A stretch of 47,522 nt of DNA from an uncultured Gammaproteobacteria bacterium (lineage in GTDB: Bacteria > Myxococcota_A > UBA9160 > SZUA-336): assembly GCA_964194645.1 (NCBI GenBank), contig CAXMNF010000307.1, positions 1 to 47,522 on the forward strand, written 5' to 3'. A program made the translations under genes and the position numbers. Numbering within the stretch: position 1 is the first letter of the stretch; each line of letters begins with the position of its first letter. Positions 39,130 to 47,521 of this stretch are shown here, in pieces. The notes under the pieces are model-generated. The model did not search any database, was not told where the DNA came from, and saw only the letters and a list, made by a program, of their open reading frames with translations.

Positions 39130-39981
39130 ATGCGCCCGACGGCCCGGAGCCTGCTTCTGGACCTGCTCTCTACGGTGAGCCGCGGCTCGGTGCCCGTGCG
39201 CGCCCTGGTCCGCTCGGGAGAGCTGTTCGGGATCGAGCCGAACGCGATCCGCGTGGCGCTGGCGCGACTGCGCGCGGCGCAGCTCGTGCACTCGGACCAG
39301 CGCGGCCGCTACCGGCTGGGCGAGCGGGCCCGCGCCGTTCACGGACAGGTCGCCTCCTGGCGCGCTCGCGAGCGGCGCACGCGTCCCTGGGACGGCGGCT
39401 GGCTGGCCGTGCACACCAGCCCGCTGGGCCGCAGCGACCGGCGCGCCCTGCGGCGGCGCATACGCGCGCTCGCGTTCCTCGGCTTTCGCGCGCTCGAACC
39501 GGGCCTGGAACTGCGGCCCGACAACCTGGCTGAGCCGACGGACGGCACCCGCGAACGTCTCGAGGCGTTGGGCCTCGACGCCGGCGCGCTGGTCTGCCGG
39601 CTGGGCGGCCTCGACGCGGCGCGCGACGCGCGGGCGCGCGGTCTCTGGGACGTGGACGCCCTGTGCCGCGCCTATCGCCGGCGCGCGTCCGAGCTGGAGA
39701 GCAGCGCGGCGCGGCTCGCCGAGCAGCCGCGCGAGCGGGCCATGGTCGAGTCGTTCCTGCTGGGCGGCGCGGCGCTGCGCCAGCTCGCCTACGACCCGCA
39801 GCTGCCGGAGGAGCTGGCAGCCGCCCGTGAGCGCGACCGGCTGGTCGCGGTGATGCGCCAGTACGACCGCCTGGGCCGCAGAGCCTGGGCCGGGATGCTC
39901 GAGGTGGATGGAGAACACACGCCGGCGGACTTGCGCGCCTTCGAGGCCGTGGGTGCGCTTGCGCAGGCCCGAGGAGTGTGA
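39130..39981 (+). CDS. PaaX-family transcriptional regulator
   Basis: LLLDLL..LFGIEPNAIRVALARL..RGRYRL; WDGGW; LGF..RPDNL; DPQLPEEL. Confidence 0.88.
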   Translation: MRPTARSLLLDLLSTVSRGSVPVRALVRSGELFGIEPNAIRVALARLRAAQLVHSDQRGRYRLGERARAVHGQVASWRARERRTRPWDGGWLAVHTSPLGRSDRRALRRRIRALAFLGFRALEPGLELRPDNLAEPTDGTRERLEALGLDAGALVCRLGGLDAARDARARGLWDVDALCRAYRRRASELESSAARLAEQPRERAMVESFLLGGAALRQLAYDPQLPEELAAARERDRLVAVMRQYDRLGRRAWAGMLEVDGEHTPADLRAFEAVGALAQARGV

Positions 39982-39982
39982 G

Positions 39983-40909
39983 ATGGCACAGACGGGACTC
40001 TGGCGCGATGCGCTGACCCGCGACGAGATCGACGAGCTGCTCGAGATGCACGACTGGCGCTCGTGGGCCTCGGTCGGACTCGACTGGGGGCTGGTGTTCG
40101 GCGCGATGGCCCTGGTCGCCTGGCTGCCGCACGTGCTGACCGTGCTGCTGGCGCTGTTCGTGATCGGCGCGCGCCAGCTCGGCCTGGCCGTGCTGATGCA
40201 CGAGGCCGCCCACCGCACCCTGTTCAGCTCGCGGCGCGTGAACGACTGGGTCGGCAACTGGCTGTGCGCCTACCCGATCTGGGCCGACCTGCACCCCTAC
40301 CGCCCGTACCACCTGCAGCACCACGCCAAGAACTGGACGGACGAGGACCCAGACCTGGAGCTGGCCCGGAAACACCCGGTGACGGCCGCGAGCATGCGTC
40401 GCAAGGTCTGGCGCGACCTGTCGGGCCGCGTCGGCTGGAAGCGCGTGCGGATCTTGTTGCGCCGCGACGTGCAGGGTGGCGACGGCATGCATACCAGCCG
40501 CGCCCGGGCCGGCTGGCACAACCTGCGCGGTGTCGTGGGAACGAACGCCCTGCTGCTCGCCGTGCTGACCCTGGCGGGGCATCCGCTGCTGTACCTGCTC
40601 TGGGTCGGCGCCTGGTTCACGAGCTACAGCCTGGTCACGCGCATCCGCTCGATCGCCGAGCACTCTTCGGTGCCCGACCCGACGGACGAGCTGCAGAACA
40701 CGCGCACCACCGAAGCAAGCTGGTGGGAACGGCTGTTCATCGCGCCCAACCGGGTGAACTACCACCTGGAGCACCACCTGCTGATGACCGTGCCGCACTA
40801 CCACCTGCCGCGCATGCACGAACTGCTGTGCGAGCGGGGCGTACTCGAGCACGCGCTCGTCACGCGCGGCTACCCGGGGGTGCTGCGCGAGGCGGCGTCG
40901 AAGGCCTGA
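39983..40909 (+). CDS. Membrane fatty acid desaturase family protein
   Basis: His boxes HEAAH, HLQHH, EH, HLEHH; ATG 39983 with SD GAGGAG. Confidence 0.92.
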   Translation: MAQTGLWRDALTRDEIDELLEMHDWRSWASVGLDWGLVFGAMALVAWLPHVLTVLLALFVIGARQLGLAVLMHEAAHRTLFSSRRVNDWVGNWLCAYPIWADLHPYRPYHLQHHAKNWTDEDPDLELARKHPVTAASMRRKVWRDLSGRVGWKRVRILLRRDVQGGDGMHTSRARAGWHNLRGVVGTNALLLAVLTLAGHPLLYLLWVGAWFTSYSLVTRIRSIAEHSSVPDPTDELQNTRTTEASWWERLFIAPNRVNYHLEHHLLMTVPHYHLPRMHELLCERGVLEHALVTRGYPGVLREAASKA

Positions 40910-41039
40910 TCCGGCACGCGGTGACCACGGTGGTCGGTCGAGCCTTCGCGCGGGCGGGGCTGCTCGTTGTAAGGGGACGGTCCGCCGTCCCGCGCCACCT
41001 CGCGCACGATCAGGACCGGGGCGCGGCGCTGCGCCAGCA

Positions 41040-41240
41040 GCGCTGTACTTCTACCCGCCGGCGGTCGCCGAGTGGGTCGGGAGCTATCTCGGCGGGGGCG
41101 GCAATCCGGACGCCCCCGGCCATTTCGTGGCCTGGCTGCACGCGCAGACCGAGGTCTATGGCACACCGCTCGAAGGACGCTGGTTCGACATCGGCGACGC
41201 GCAGACGCTGACCGAGGCCCGCAGCGCCTTCCCGGGTTAG
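41040..41240 (+). pseudogene. 5'-truncated sugar-phosphate nucleotidyltransferase remnant (not in ORF track)
   Basis: ALYFYPP..YLGGGGNPDAPGHFVAWL..VYG..GRWFDIG..TL; no upstream in-frame start or N-terminal GxGTR domain. Confidence 0.7.
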
Positions 41241-41251
41241 AATGCGCGCCC

Positions 41252-42424
41252 ATGAGCGGCTTTCCCTGTGAAGAACTGCGCGTCCTCGACTTCTCCCAGG
41301 TTCTGGCCGGGCCGTATGCGAGCCGCATCCTCGCGGAGCTCGGCGCGGACGTAATCAAGGTCGAGTCGCCGCGTGGCGACCCGACCCGCGTAATCGGACC
41401 CAAGTGGGATCGCGGCCAGTCGGGCCTGTACACCTGGGCGAACCTGGCCAAGCGCAATGTGTGCATCGACCTGGGCAGACAGGAGGGACGCTCGCTCGCG
41501 ATCGAGCTGGTGGCGCACGTGGACCTCGTGGTCGAGAACTTCCGGCCCGGCGTCGCGGAACGGCTCGGCATCGGCTGGGACGCCGTGCACGCCGCAAACC
41601 CGAGGTGCGTGATGCTCTCGGTCTCCGGCTTCGGTGCCGACTCTTCGCGCCGCGAGCGGGGCGCCTACGCCCCCACGATCCACGCCGCGGCCGGAATCCT
41701 GGACTACGCGGCCAGCAAGTCGGGCACGGCACCGCGCCCCACGGGCGACGCCCTGGCCGACATCACCACCGCGCTCCAGTCCACGGTCGCCGCGCTCGCA
41801 GCGCTGCGCGCGGCCGAACGCAACGGCGTGGGCGAGCACGTGGAGGTCTGCCTGTACGACGCGCTGCTGGCCAGCTACTCGGAGACGCCCTTCGTCCTGG
41901 TCGAGCCCGACGAGTTCCGTATGGACACAGACCCCTTCGACGCGGGCGCGAACGGCTGGATCGCAGTCGCGGGTCCGCCGCAGCACGTCTGGGTGGAGCT
42001 CGCGCGCAAGGTGCCCGAGATCTCCGACCCGGCGCCGCCCGGGAGCGAACTCGCTACCAAGGCTCGGCTGCGCCGCCAGGAGATCGAGCGCTGGATGGCC
42101 GAGCAGCCCTCGCCGGACGCGCTCGTCGAGCGGCTCGAGGCGCTAGGCCTGGCCAGCGCACCGCTCGAAACCTTGCGCGAGGCGCTCACGGGTCCCTATG
42201 CGAAGGAGCGCGATCTGGTCTACGAGGTCGACGACCGCAAGGGCGGGCGCCGCCTGATGACCCGGCTGCCCTATCGCTTCTCGCGCTCGCGCTCGGGCGC
42301 GGAGCGTCCCGCGCCGCTGCGCGGTGAGCACAATCGCGAGGTGCTGCGCGAGCTGCTCGCGGCGGACGATGCGCGGCTTCGCTTCCTCGAGGCCCGGGGC
42401 GTCCTGCAGAGCGAGGTCGGCTAG
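41252..42424 (+). CDS. Family III CoA transferase (CaiB/BaiF)
   Basis: VLDFSQVLAGPY..LAELGADVIKVESPRGD, ENFRPGV, APLRGEHN. Confidence 0.93.
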   Translation: MSGFPCEELRVLDFSQVLAGPYASRILAELGADVIKVESPRGDPTRVIGPKWDRGQSGLYTWANLAKRNVCIDLGRQEGRSLAIELVAHVDLVVENFRPGVAERLGIGWDAVHAANPRCVMLSVSGFGADSSRRERGAYAPTIHAAAGILDYAASKSGTAPRPTGDALADITTALQSTVAALAALRAAERNGVGEHVEVCLYDALLASYSETPFVLVEPDEFRMDTDPFDAGANGWIAVAGPPQHVWVELARKVPEISDPAPPGSELATKARLRRQEIERWMAEQPSPDALVERLEALGLASAPLETLREALTGPYAKERDLVYEVDDRKGGRRLMTRLPYRFSRSRSGAERPAPLRGEHNREVLRELLAADDARLRFLEARGVLQSEVG

Positions 42425-42426
42425 CC

Positions 42427-43869
42427 GTGCGTGCGTGGCTGCGCGCCCTGATCTACGCGCTGGTGTTGGTGGTTCTCGCCGTCGTGCTGCTCTGGTGGAA
42501 CCTGCGCCCCGTGGCCCCGTTGGCCGTGCCGAAGCGCGGGGCGCGGCTCGGCGACGTGACCGTGATCCAGCCGGGCGTCGCGCGCAGCCCGCACCGCTCG
42601 CTCACGGTCGAAGGCGAAACCATCGCATCGCTGGGCGCGGCGGGCGGCACGCCCGACGCATTCGCGGGGCACTACGTGCTGCCGGGCCTGGTCGACGCGC
42701 ACGTCCACTTCCCCCCGGCCGCCCTGGTCGGTCACGCCGAGCTGTTCAGCTTCCTGTTCCTGTACCACGGCGTGACGAGTGTGCGCGACGCCGGCGATCC
42801 CGACGGCACGTCTACCGGAACGGTGCGCGACGCCAGCCGCAGCGGGGAATTTCCCGCGCCGCGCGTATTCGCCTGCGGGCCGTTCCTGGACGGCTACCCG
42901 CCCGGCCAACCGAACTCGCGCGTGCTGCGCGAGCCAGCCGACGCCGAGCCCGTGGTGGCGGAGCTGGCCAAGGCCGGCTTCGACTGCCTGAAGATCTACA
43001 ACCAGCTCGAGCCCGATGTGCTCGAGGCCGTTCGCGTGGCGGCGCGCAAGCACGGCCTGCCGACCATCGGTCACGTGCCCTGGCGCGTGCCCTACGAGGA
43101 CGCGCGCCTCGACGACGTCCAGCACCTGACCCATCTGCCCGGCTCTCCGGACGGCCTGGTGGGATACCCCGAGGTGATGGAGCGCTGGCTGCAGTTCGAC
43201 GACGTGCGGCTCGAGCACGTGATCGAGGCGACCCTCGCACACGGCATCGCGAACACACCCACCCTGGTCACCAGCGAACGGCGCAGCAGGATGGACGACC
43301 TGGAGCGGCTGCGCGAGGAGCCGGACGCGCAGCTGCTGCCCCGCTTCTGGCGCGACGTGATCTGGAGCCCGGTCGAGGGCCTGTCCTACCTGCGCGGCCA
43401 CAGCGAGGCGGACAGCGCCCTGCTGCGCGCCGCCCTGCCACAGATGAGCCGGGCAGTGCGCGCGCTGCACGAGGCGGGTGCCGTGCTGCGCGCCGGCACC
43501 GACACGCCAAGCGCGTTTGCGGTGCCGGGGGCGGCGCTGCACCGCGAGCTGCGTCTGCTGCGCGATGCCGGCATCTCGCCCGAAGAGGTGCTGGCGATCG
43601 CCACGCGCCCCGCAGTCCCGGCGGGCCCGGCGGGACTCGGCGGGATCCGGCCGGGCGCCCCGGCCGACCTGGTGATCTTCCGCGAAGATCCGACGCGCGA
43701 CCTCTCGGCACTCGGGACCCTGTCTGGCGTAATCGCCGACGGACGGCTGTACACGCGCGAGGCGCTCGACGAACAGCTCGCCTTGTACCGCGACCAGTTC
43801 GAGAACCCGATTTACGACGCGGTAATGACGGGGCTGGTGCGGCGCCTGCTGAGTGCCGCGTCCGACTAA
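42427..43869 (+). CDS. Amidohydrolase family protein with N-terminal membrane anchor
   Basis: PGLVDAHVH, K, GHVP, QH, AGTD, PADLV. Confidence 0.9.
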   Translation: MRAWLRALIYALVLVVLAVVLLWWNLRPVAPLAVPKRGARLGDVTVIQPGVARSPHRSLTVEGETIASLGAAGGTPDAFAGHYVLPGLVDAHVHFPPAALVGHAELFSFLFLYHGVTSVRDAGDPDGTSTGTVRDASRSGEFPAPRVFACGPFLDGYPPGQPNSRVLREPADAEPVVAELAKAGFDCLKIYNQLEPDVLEAVRVAARKHGLPTIGHVPWRVPYEDARLDDVQHLTHLPGSPDGLVGYPEVMERWLQFDDVRLEHVIEATLAHGIANTPTLVTSERRSRMDDLERLREEPDAQLLPRFWRDVIWSPVEGLSYLRGHSEADSALLRAALPQMSRAVRALHEAGAVLRAGTDTPSAFAVPGAALHRELRLLRDAGISPEEVLAIATRPAVPAGPAGLGGIRPGAPADLVIFREDPTRDLSALGTLSGVIADGRLYTREALDEQLALYRDQFENPIYDAVMTGLVRRLLSAASD

Positions 43870-44714
43870 CTGCGGCGCAGCGCGTTCACGCGCGCGTAGA
43901 TGTCGGAGCGCGGCAGGTCGAAGACGTCGGCGACCACGTCGCGCACGGCTCGTGCCGACAGGCCCGCTTCGAGCAGGCGCGCGATCAGGCGGTCGATGAG
44001 TTCGCCCGGCTCCGGCTCGCCGCCGCCTTCGATCACCAGGGTGAGCTCGCCGTACACCTTGTCGCGGTCCTCGAGCGTTTCTGTCAGCTCGGGCAGGGTG
44101 CCGCGCAGGATCTGCTCGTCATCCTTGGTGAGACTCTGGCCGAGTACCGCGCGGCGCGGACCCAACAGCTCGGCCAGGTCGCGCAGCGTCTCGACGATGC
44201 GGTGCGGCGCCTCGAAGAGCACCACGGTGGCGGGCTCGGTGCGCAGCGCCTCGATCGCCTGGCGGCGCCGACCCCCGCGGCGCGGCAGGAAGCCGAGCAC
44301 CAGCAGCCGGTCGGTCGGCAGGCCCGACACCGAGACCGCGGCCAGGGCGGCACTCGGACCGGGAATCGGCACCACCGGGATGCCCTCGGCAACGGCCGCG
44401 CAGACCAGCGGGTAGCCCGGATCCGACAACAGCGGCGTGCCGGCGTCGCTGACCAGCGCGACGCGCGCGCCGCCGCGCAGGCGCTCCAGGATCTGGGGCA
44501 CTCGGCCGCGCTCGTTGTGATCGTGGTAGGAGAGCAGCTCGTTGCGCAGACCCAGGTAGCGCAGCAGGCTGCGCGTGATGCGCGTGTCCTCTGCCGCGAT
44601 CAGGTCCACCTGCTCCAGGCACTGCCGCGCGCGGGGTGACAGGTCCTCGGGGTTTCCGATCGGCGTCGCCACCACGTACAGCCCCGCCGCCAGCTCCGGA
44701 CCGGACGCACTCAC
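43866..44714 (-). CDS. rsmI: 16S rRNA (cytidine1402-2'-O)-methyltransferase
   Basis: LYVVATPIGN..IAAEDTR, VSDAGTPLLSDPG, PIPGPSA, FEAPHR; GTG 44714 overlaps the tgt stop. Confidence 0.95.
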   Translation of the reverse strand: MSASGPELAAGLYVVATPIGNPEDLSPRARQCLEQVDLIAAEDTRITRSLLRYLGLRNELLSYHDHNERGRVPQILERLRGGARVALVSDAGTPLLSDPGYPLVCAAVAEGIPVVPIPGPSAALAAVSVSGLPTDRLLVLGFLPRRGGRRRQAIEALRTEPATVVLFEAPHRIVETLRDLAELLGPRRAVLGQSLTKDDEQILRGTLPELTETLEDRDKVYGELTLVIEGGGEPEPGELIDRLIARLLEAGLSARAVRDVVADVFDLPRSDIYARVNALRRS

Positions 44715-45802
44715 GGCGAGCCGAGCACGTCGAGCAGACGCGCGTAAAAGCGCAGGTTGTGCAGGGTGGCCAACCGGATGGCCAGCGGGTCCTCGATCTT
44801 GAACAGGTGGTGCAGGTACGCGCGACTGTAGTTCCGGCAACACGGACAGTCGCAAGCGTCCTCGAGCGGACGTGCGTCGGAGGCGTGCCGCTCGTCCAGG
44901 ATGTACACGCACTTGTAGAAGCTCGCGTCGTCGGGCAGCGGCTCGGCGCCGGGCTCGAGCGTGAAGGTGTACAGGCGGTGGTGGCGCGCGTCGCGCGTGG
45001 GGATCGTGCAGTCGAAGACGGTGCGCCCGCCGAGCCGCGCCACGCTCACCACGTGTTCGGGCTTTCCGACGCCGAGCGCGAAGCGCGGGGCCTCCGGGGG
45101 CAGGACGCTCACCATCAGCTCGAACATCTCGCGCTCGAAGACGCCGTCGGGGCCGACCGGAAAGCCGCCGAACCCGAAGCCGTCGAAGCCGGTCGCGAGC
45201 AGCGCCTCGGCGCTCTGGCGGCGCAGCTCGGGGTCGCGCCCGCCCTGCACCACGCCGACCAGCAGCGGACGCGGGCCAGCGCGCTTGCGCTGCTCGATCT
45301 GACGCTCGTACTCGGCGCGGCAGCCCTTCGCCCAGGCGCCGGTGCGCTCGACCGAGCGCTGCTGGGCGTCGCGCGGCTCGGCCGGATCGGTGCAGTCGTC
45401 GAGCGCGATCATCACATCCGAGCCGAGCTGGAACTGAGTGCGCACGCAGCGCTCCGGAGTCAGGCGCAGCTTTCGCGCGCTGCCGGGCACCCTGAAGTGC
45501 AGGCCGTCCGAGCGCACCGTCCCGTGGTCCGGGTTCTCGCGGATCAGCGAGAGCGCCTGGAAGCCGCCCGAGTCGGTCACGATCGGGCCATCCCAGCCGA
45601 TGAAGCGGTGCAGCCCGCCAAGCCGCCGCACGCGGTCCGCTCCCGGGCGGATCATCAGGTGGAAGGCGTTCACCATCAAGCCGCGCACGCCGACTCCGCG
45701 CACCCCCTCGGCATCGCTGCCGCGCACCACCCCGCGGGTCGCGTCGGGCAGGAAGGCCGGAAGCGGCAGCGCGCCGTGCGCCAGGTCGAGCGGCTCCGCC
45801 AT
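44711..45802 (-). CDS. tgt: Divergent tRNA-guanine transglycosylase (TGT) family protein
   Basis: TDSGGFQ, LDDC, VQGG, FDCTIPTR, CxCxxC...HN Zn site; non-canonical FLPDAT, GGFPVG, TRDARH. Confidence 0.88.
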   Translation of the reverse strand: MAEPLDLAHGALPLPAFLPDATRGVVRGSDAEGVRGVGVRGLMVNAFHLMIRPGADRVRRLGGLHRFIGWDGPIVTDSGGFQALSLIRENPDHGTVRSDGLHFRVPGSARKLRLTPERCVRTQFQLGSDVMIALDDCTDPAEPRDAQQRSVERTGAWAKGCRAEYERQIEQRKRAGPRPLLVGVVQGGRDPELRRQSAEALLATGFDGFGFGGFPVGPDGVFEREMFELMVSVLPPEAPRFALGVGKPEHVVSVARLGGRTVFDCTIPTRDARHHRLYTFTLEPGAEPLPDDASFYKCVYILDERHASDARPLEDACDCPCCRNYSRAYLHHLFKIEDPLAIRLATLHNLRFYARLLDVLGSP

Positions 45803-45804
45803 CG

Positions 45805-46605
45805 CTAGCGCTGCACCAGGTAGACCAGCTCGCCGGGCAGCTCGAGACGCTCGGCCCGCCAGGGGCGCTGCGCGAGCAACGCCTCGAAGCCGCGCGAGTA
45901 GTTCGCCTCCATGCCGCGCGCCTGGCCGCCGAGCGAGCGGGTCGGAAAGCTCACCACGAGCTTCGGCGCCGGCAGCCAGTCGAGCAGCGCCAGACCCGCC
46001 CCGGCAGCCTGGCGCTCGAGCGTGGGCAAGAGCTTCAGGGCGAGCGCCACGTCGCTCTCGGGAAGCGGCGCGTCGTCGAGCGCATCGCCCAGCCGGATGT
46101 CGTGCTCGATCCCGATCCGGTCCAGGGCCGCGCGCACCAACTCGACCAGCCCGGCGTCGATGTCGACTCCCGCGTAGCGCGCGCCGGGCGCCAGGCCCTG
46201 CCACGGGGCCGAGAGTGGCGCGAGGCCGCAGCCCATGTCGAGCACGCGCGGGGTCGCGCCGAGCCGCGGGCGCAGCGTGTCCCAGAACTGCTCGAGCACC
46301 GGCAGCCGCTCGCGCGTCGAGGCGTGCTGCTGCATCAACACGCGCAGGGTCTGGCGCAATGCCCCGGGCTCGTCTGGGCAGGCGTCGAGTTCGGCGCGCA
46401 GGTGTGGCCACGAGGGAGACGCCGGCAGGTAGGCCCCGCAGATCTGGTGCAGCGCGCGCTTGGTCCGCTTGGCGGCCTCGCGCTCGTTCCCGCCGCTGGC
46501 GCGCAGCGCATCTCCCGCCAGACGCCGCACCGTCGTCTCGCACACCCGCCGGTAGCGGCGCGAGCGGGCGATGGAGTCCGTTACTCGTCCCAACGCCTCG
46601 TTCAC
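45805..46605 (-). CDS. 16S rRNA (guanine1405-N7)-methyltransferase, FmrO/Sgm/RmtB/ArmA family
   Basis: TKRALHQICGAY, HASTRERLP, VLDMGCGLAPL, DID, LKLLPTLERQ, VVSFPTRSLGG..GM..NY. Confidence 0.92.
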   Translation of the reverse strand: MNEALGRVTDSIARSRRYRRVCETTVRRLAGDALRASGGNEREAAKRTKRALHQICGAYLPASPSWPHLRAELDACPDEPGALRQTLRVLMQQHASTRERLPVLEQFWDTLRPRLGATPRVLDMGCGLAPLSAPWQGLAPGARYAGVDIDAGLVELVRAALDRIGIEHDIRLGDALDDAPLPESDVALALKLLPTLERQAAGAGLALLDWLPAPKLVVSFPTRSLGGQARGMEANYSRGFEALLAQRPWRAERLELPGELVYLVQR

Positions 46606-46611
46606 GAGCAC

Positions 46612-46617
46612 AGGGTA
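46612..46617 (-). promoter_or_regulatory. Putative -10 box (TACCCT) of a leaderless transcript for the methyltransferase-tgt-rsmI unit
   Basis: TANNNT hexamer 6 nt before GTG 46605 with no SD; the same geometry occurs at many other genes in the window. Confidence 0.45.
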
Positions 46618-46630
46618 CCGCGTGCGCGCC

Positions 46631-47521
46631 CTACTGCTCCGGCAGGCGTGCGGGCAGCCGTCGCCAGGCGAGCAGCAGGGCCAGTCCACAGATCAGGGCC
46701 GCGGCCGCATAGGTGTAGCGGCCCCCGGCGAACGGATAGAGCGGCGTGAACAAGAGCGGACCCAGCGCGCGCCCGAGCGACTGCGCGCTCGCGTTCAGGC
46801 CCTGAGCCTCGCCCTGGATGCTCTCCGCCGCGCGCGACAGCTCGGCCGTGAAGGTGGGAGTGAGCAGCGCCGAGCCGGCTCCCACCAGGACGGCCGAGGC
46901 CGCAACCGACCACCAGAGGCCGGCAAAGCCGAGCGTGAGCAGCCCGGCCAGCTGCAGCGCGGTGCCGGCGCGCATCAGCCGGTGGTCGTCGAAGCGCCGG
47001 CCGAGTGGACGGATCGCGCCGCCCTGCACGAGCACGGCTACCGTCCCCACCCCCGCGAGCAGCAGGCCCACCTGCCCGGGTCCCCCCGCCAGGCGGTCGG
47101 CAACCAGGAAGCCGATGGTGCTCTCCAGCCCCGTGCGGCTGGTCTGCACCAGCAGGCTGTACGACAGGAACGGGGCCAGCGCGAGCGCGATGCGCCGCGC
47201 GCCGAGCCCCTGCGCGAGTAGTTCGCTGCGGCGTGCCGCGCTGCGCGCGCGGATTTCCGGGGTGAGGCTCTCCGGGAGCAACAGGGCAACGGCAAGCGCG
47301 GCGAACGCGCCGATCCCGGACGCCAGGAAGAACGGCGCCGCCAACCCATAGCGCGCGATCGCACCGCCGAACGCCGGCCCGAGCAGGACGCCCAGGCCGA
47401 TCGCCGCGCCCACCGTGCCGAGTGCCACATTGCGCTTCTCGGGCGCGCTGACGTCGGCCGTATACGACATGATCGACGGCAGTGCGGCGGCGGCCAAGGT
47501 CCCGCCTAGCAGACGTGCGCC
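46631..47521 (-). CDS. MFS transporter, TetA/DHA1-like (5'-partial)
   Basis: SYTADVS..RNVALG..GLGVLLGPAFGG motif C region; QGEAQG..SLGRALGP; frame runs off the window. Confidence 0.88.
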   Translation of the reverse strand, partial: GARLLGGTLAAAALPSIMSYTADVSAPEKRNVALGTVGAAIGLGVLLGPAFGGAIARYGLAAPFFLASGIGAFAALAVALLLPESLTPEIRARSAARRSELLAQGLGARRIALALAPFLSYSLLVQTSRTGLESTIGFLVADRLAGGPGQVGLLLAGVGTVAVLVQGGAIRPLGRRFDDHRLMRAGTALQLAGLLTLGFAGLWWSVAASAVLVGAGSALLTPTFTAELSRAAESIQGEAQGLNASAQSLGRALGPLLFTPLYPFAGGRYTYAAAALICGLALLLAWRRLPARLPEQ

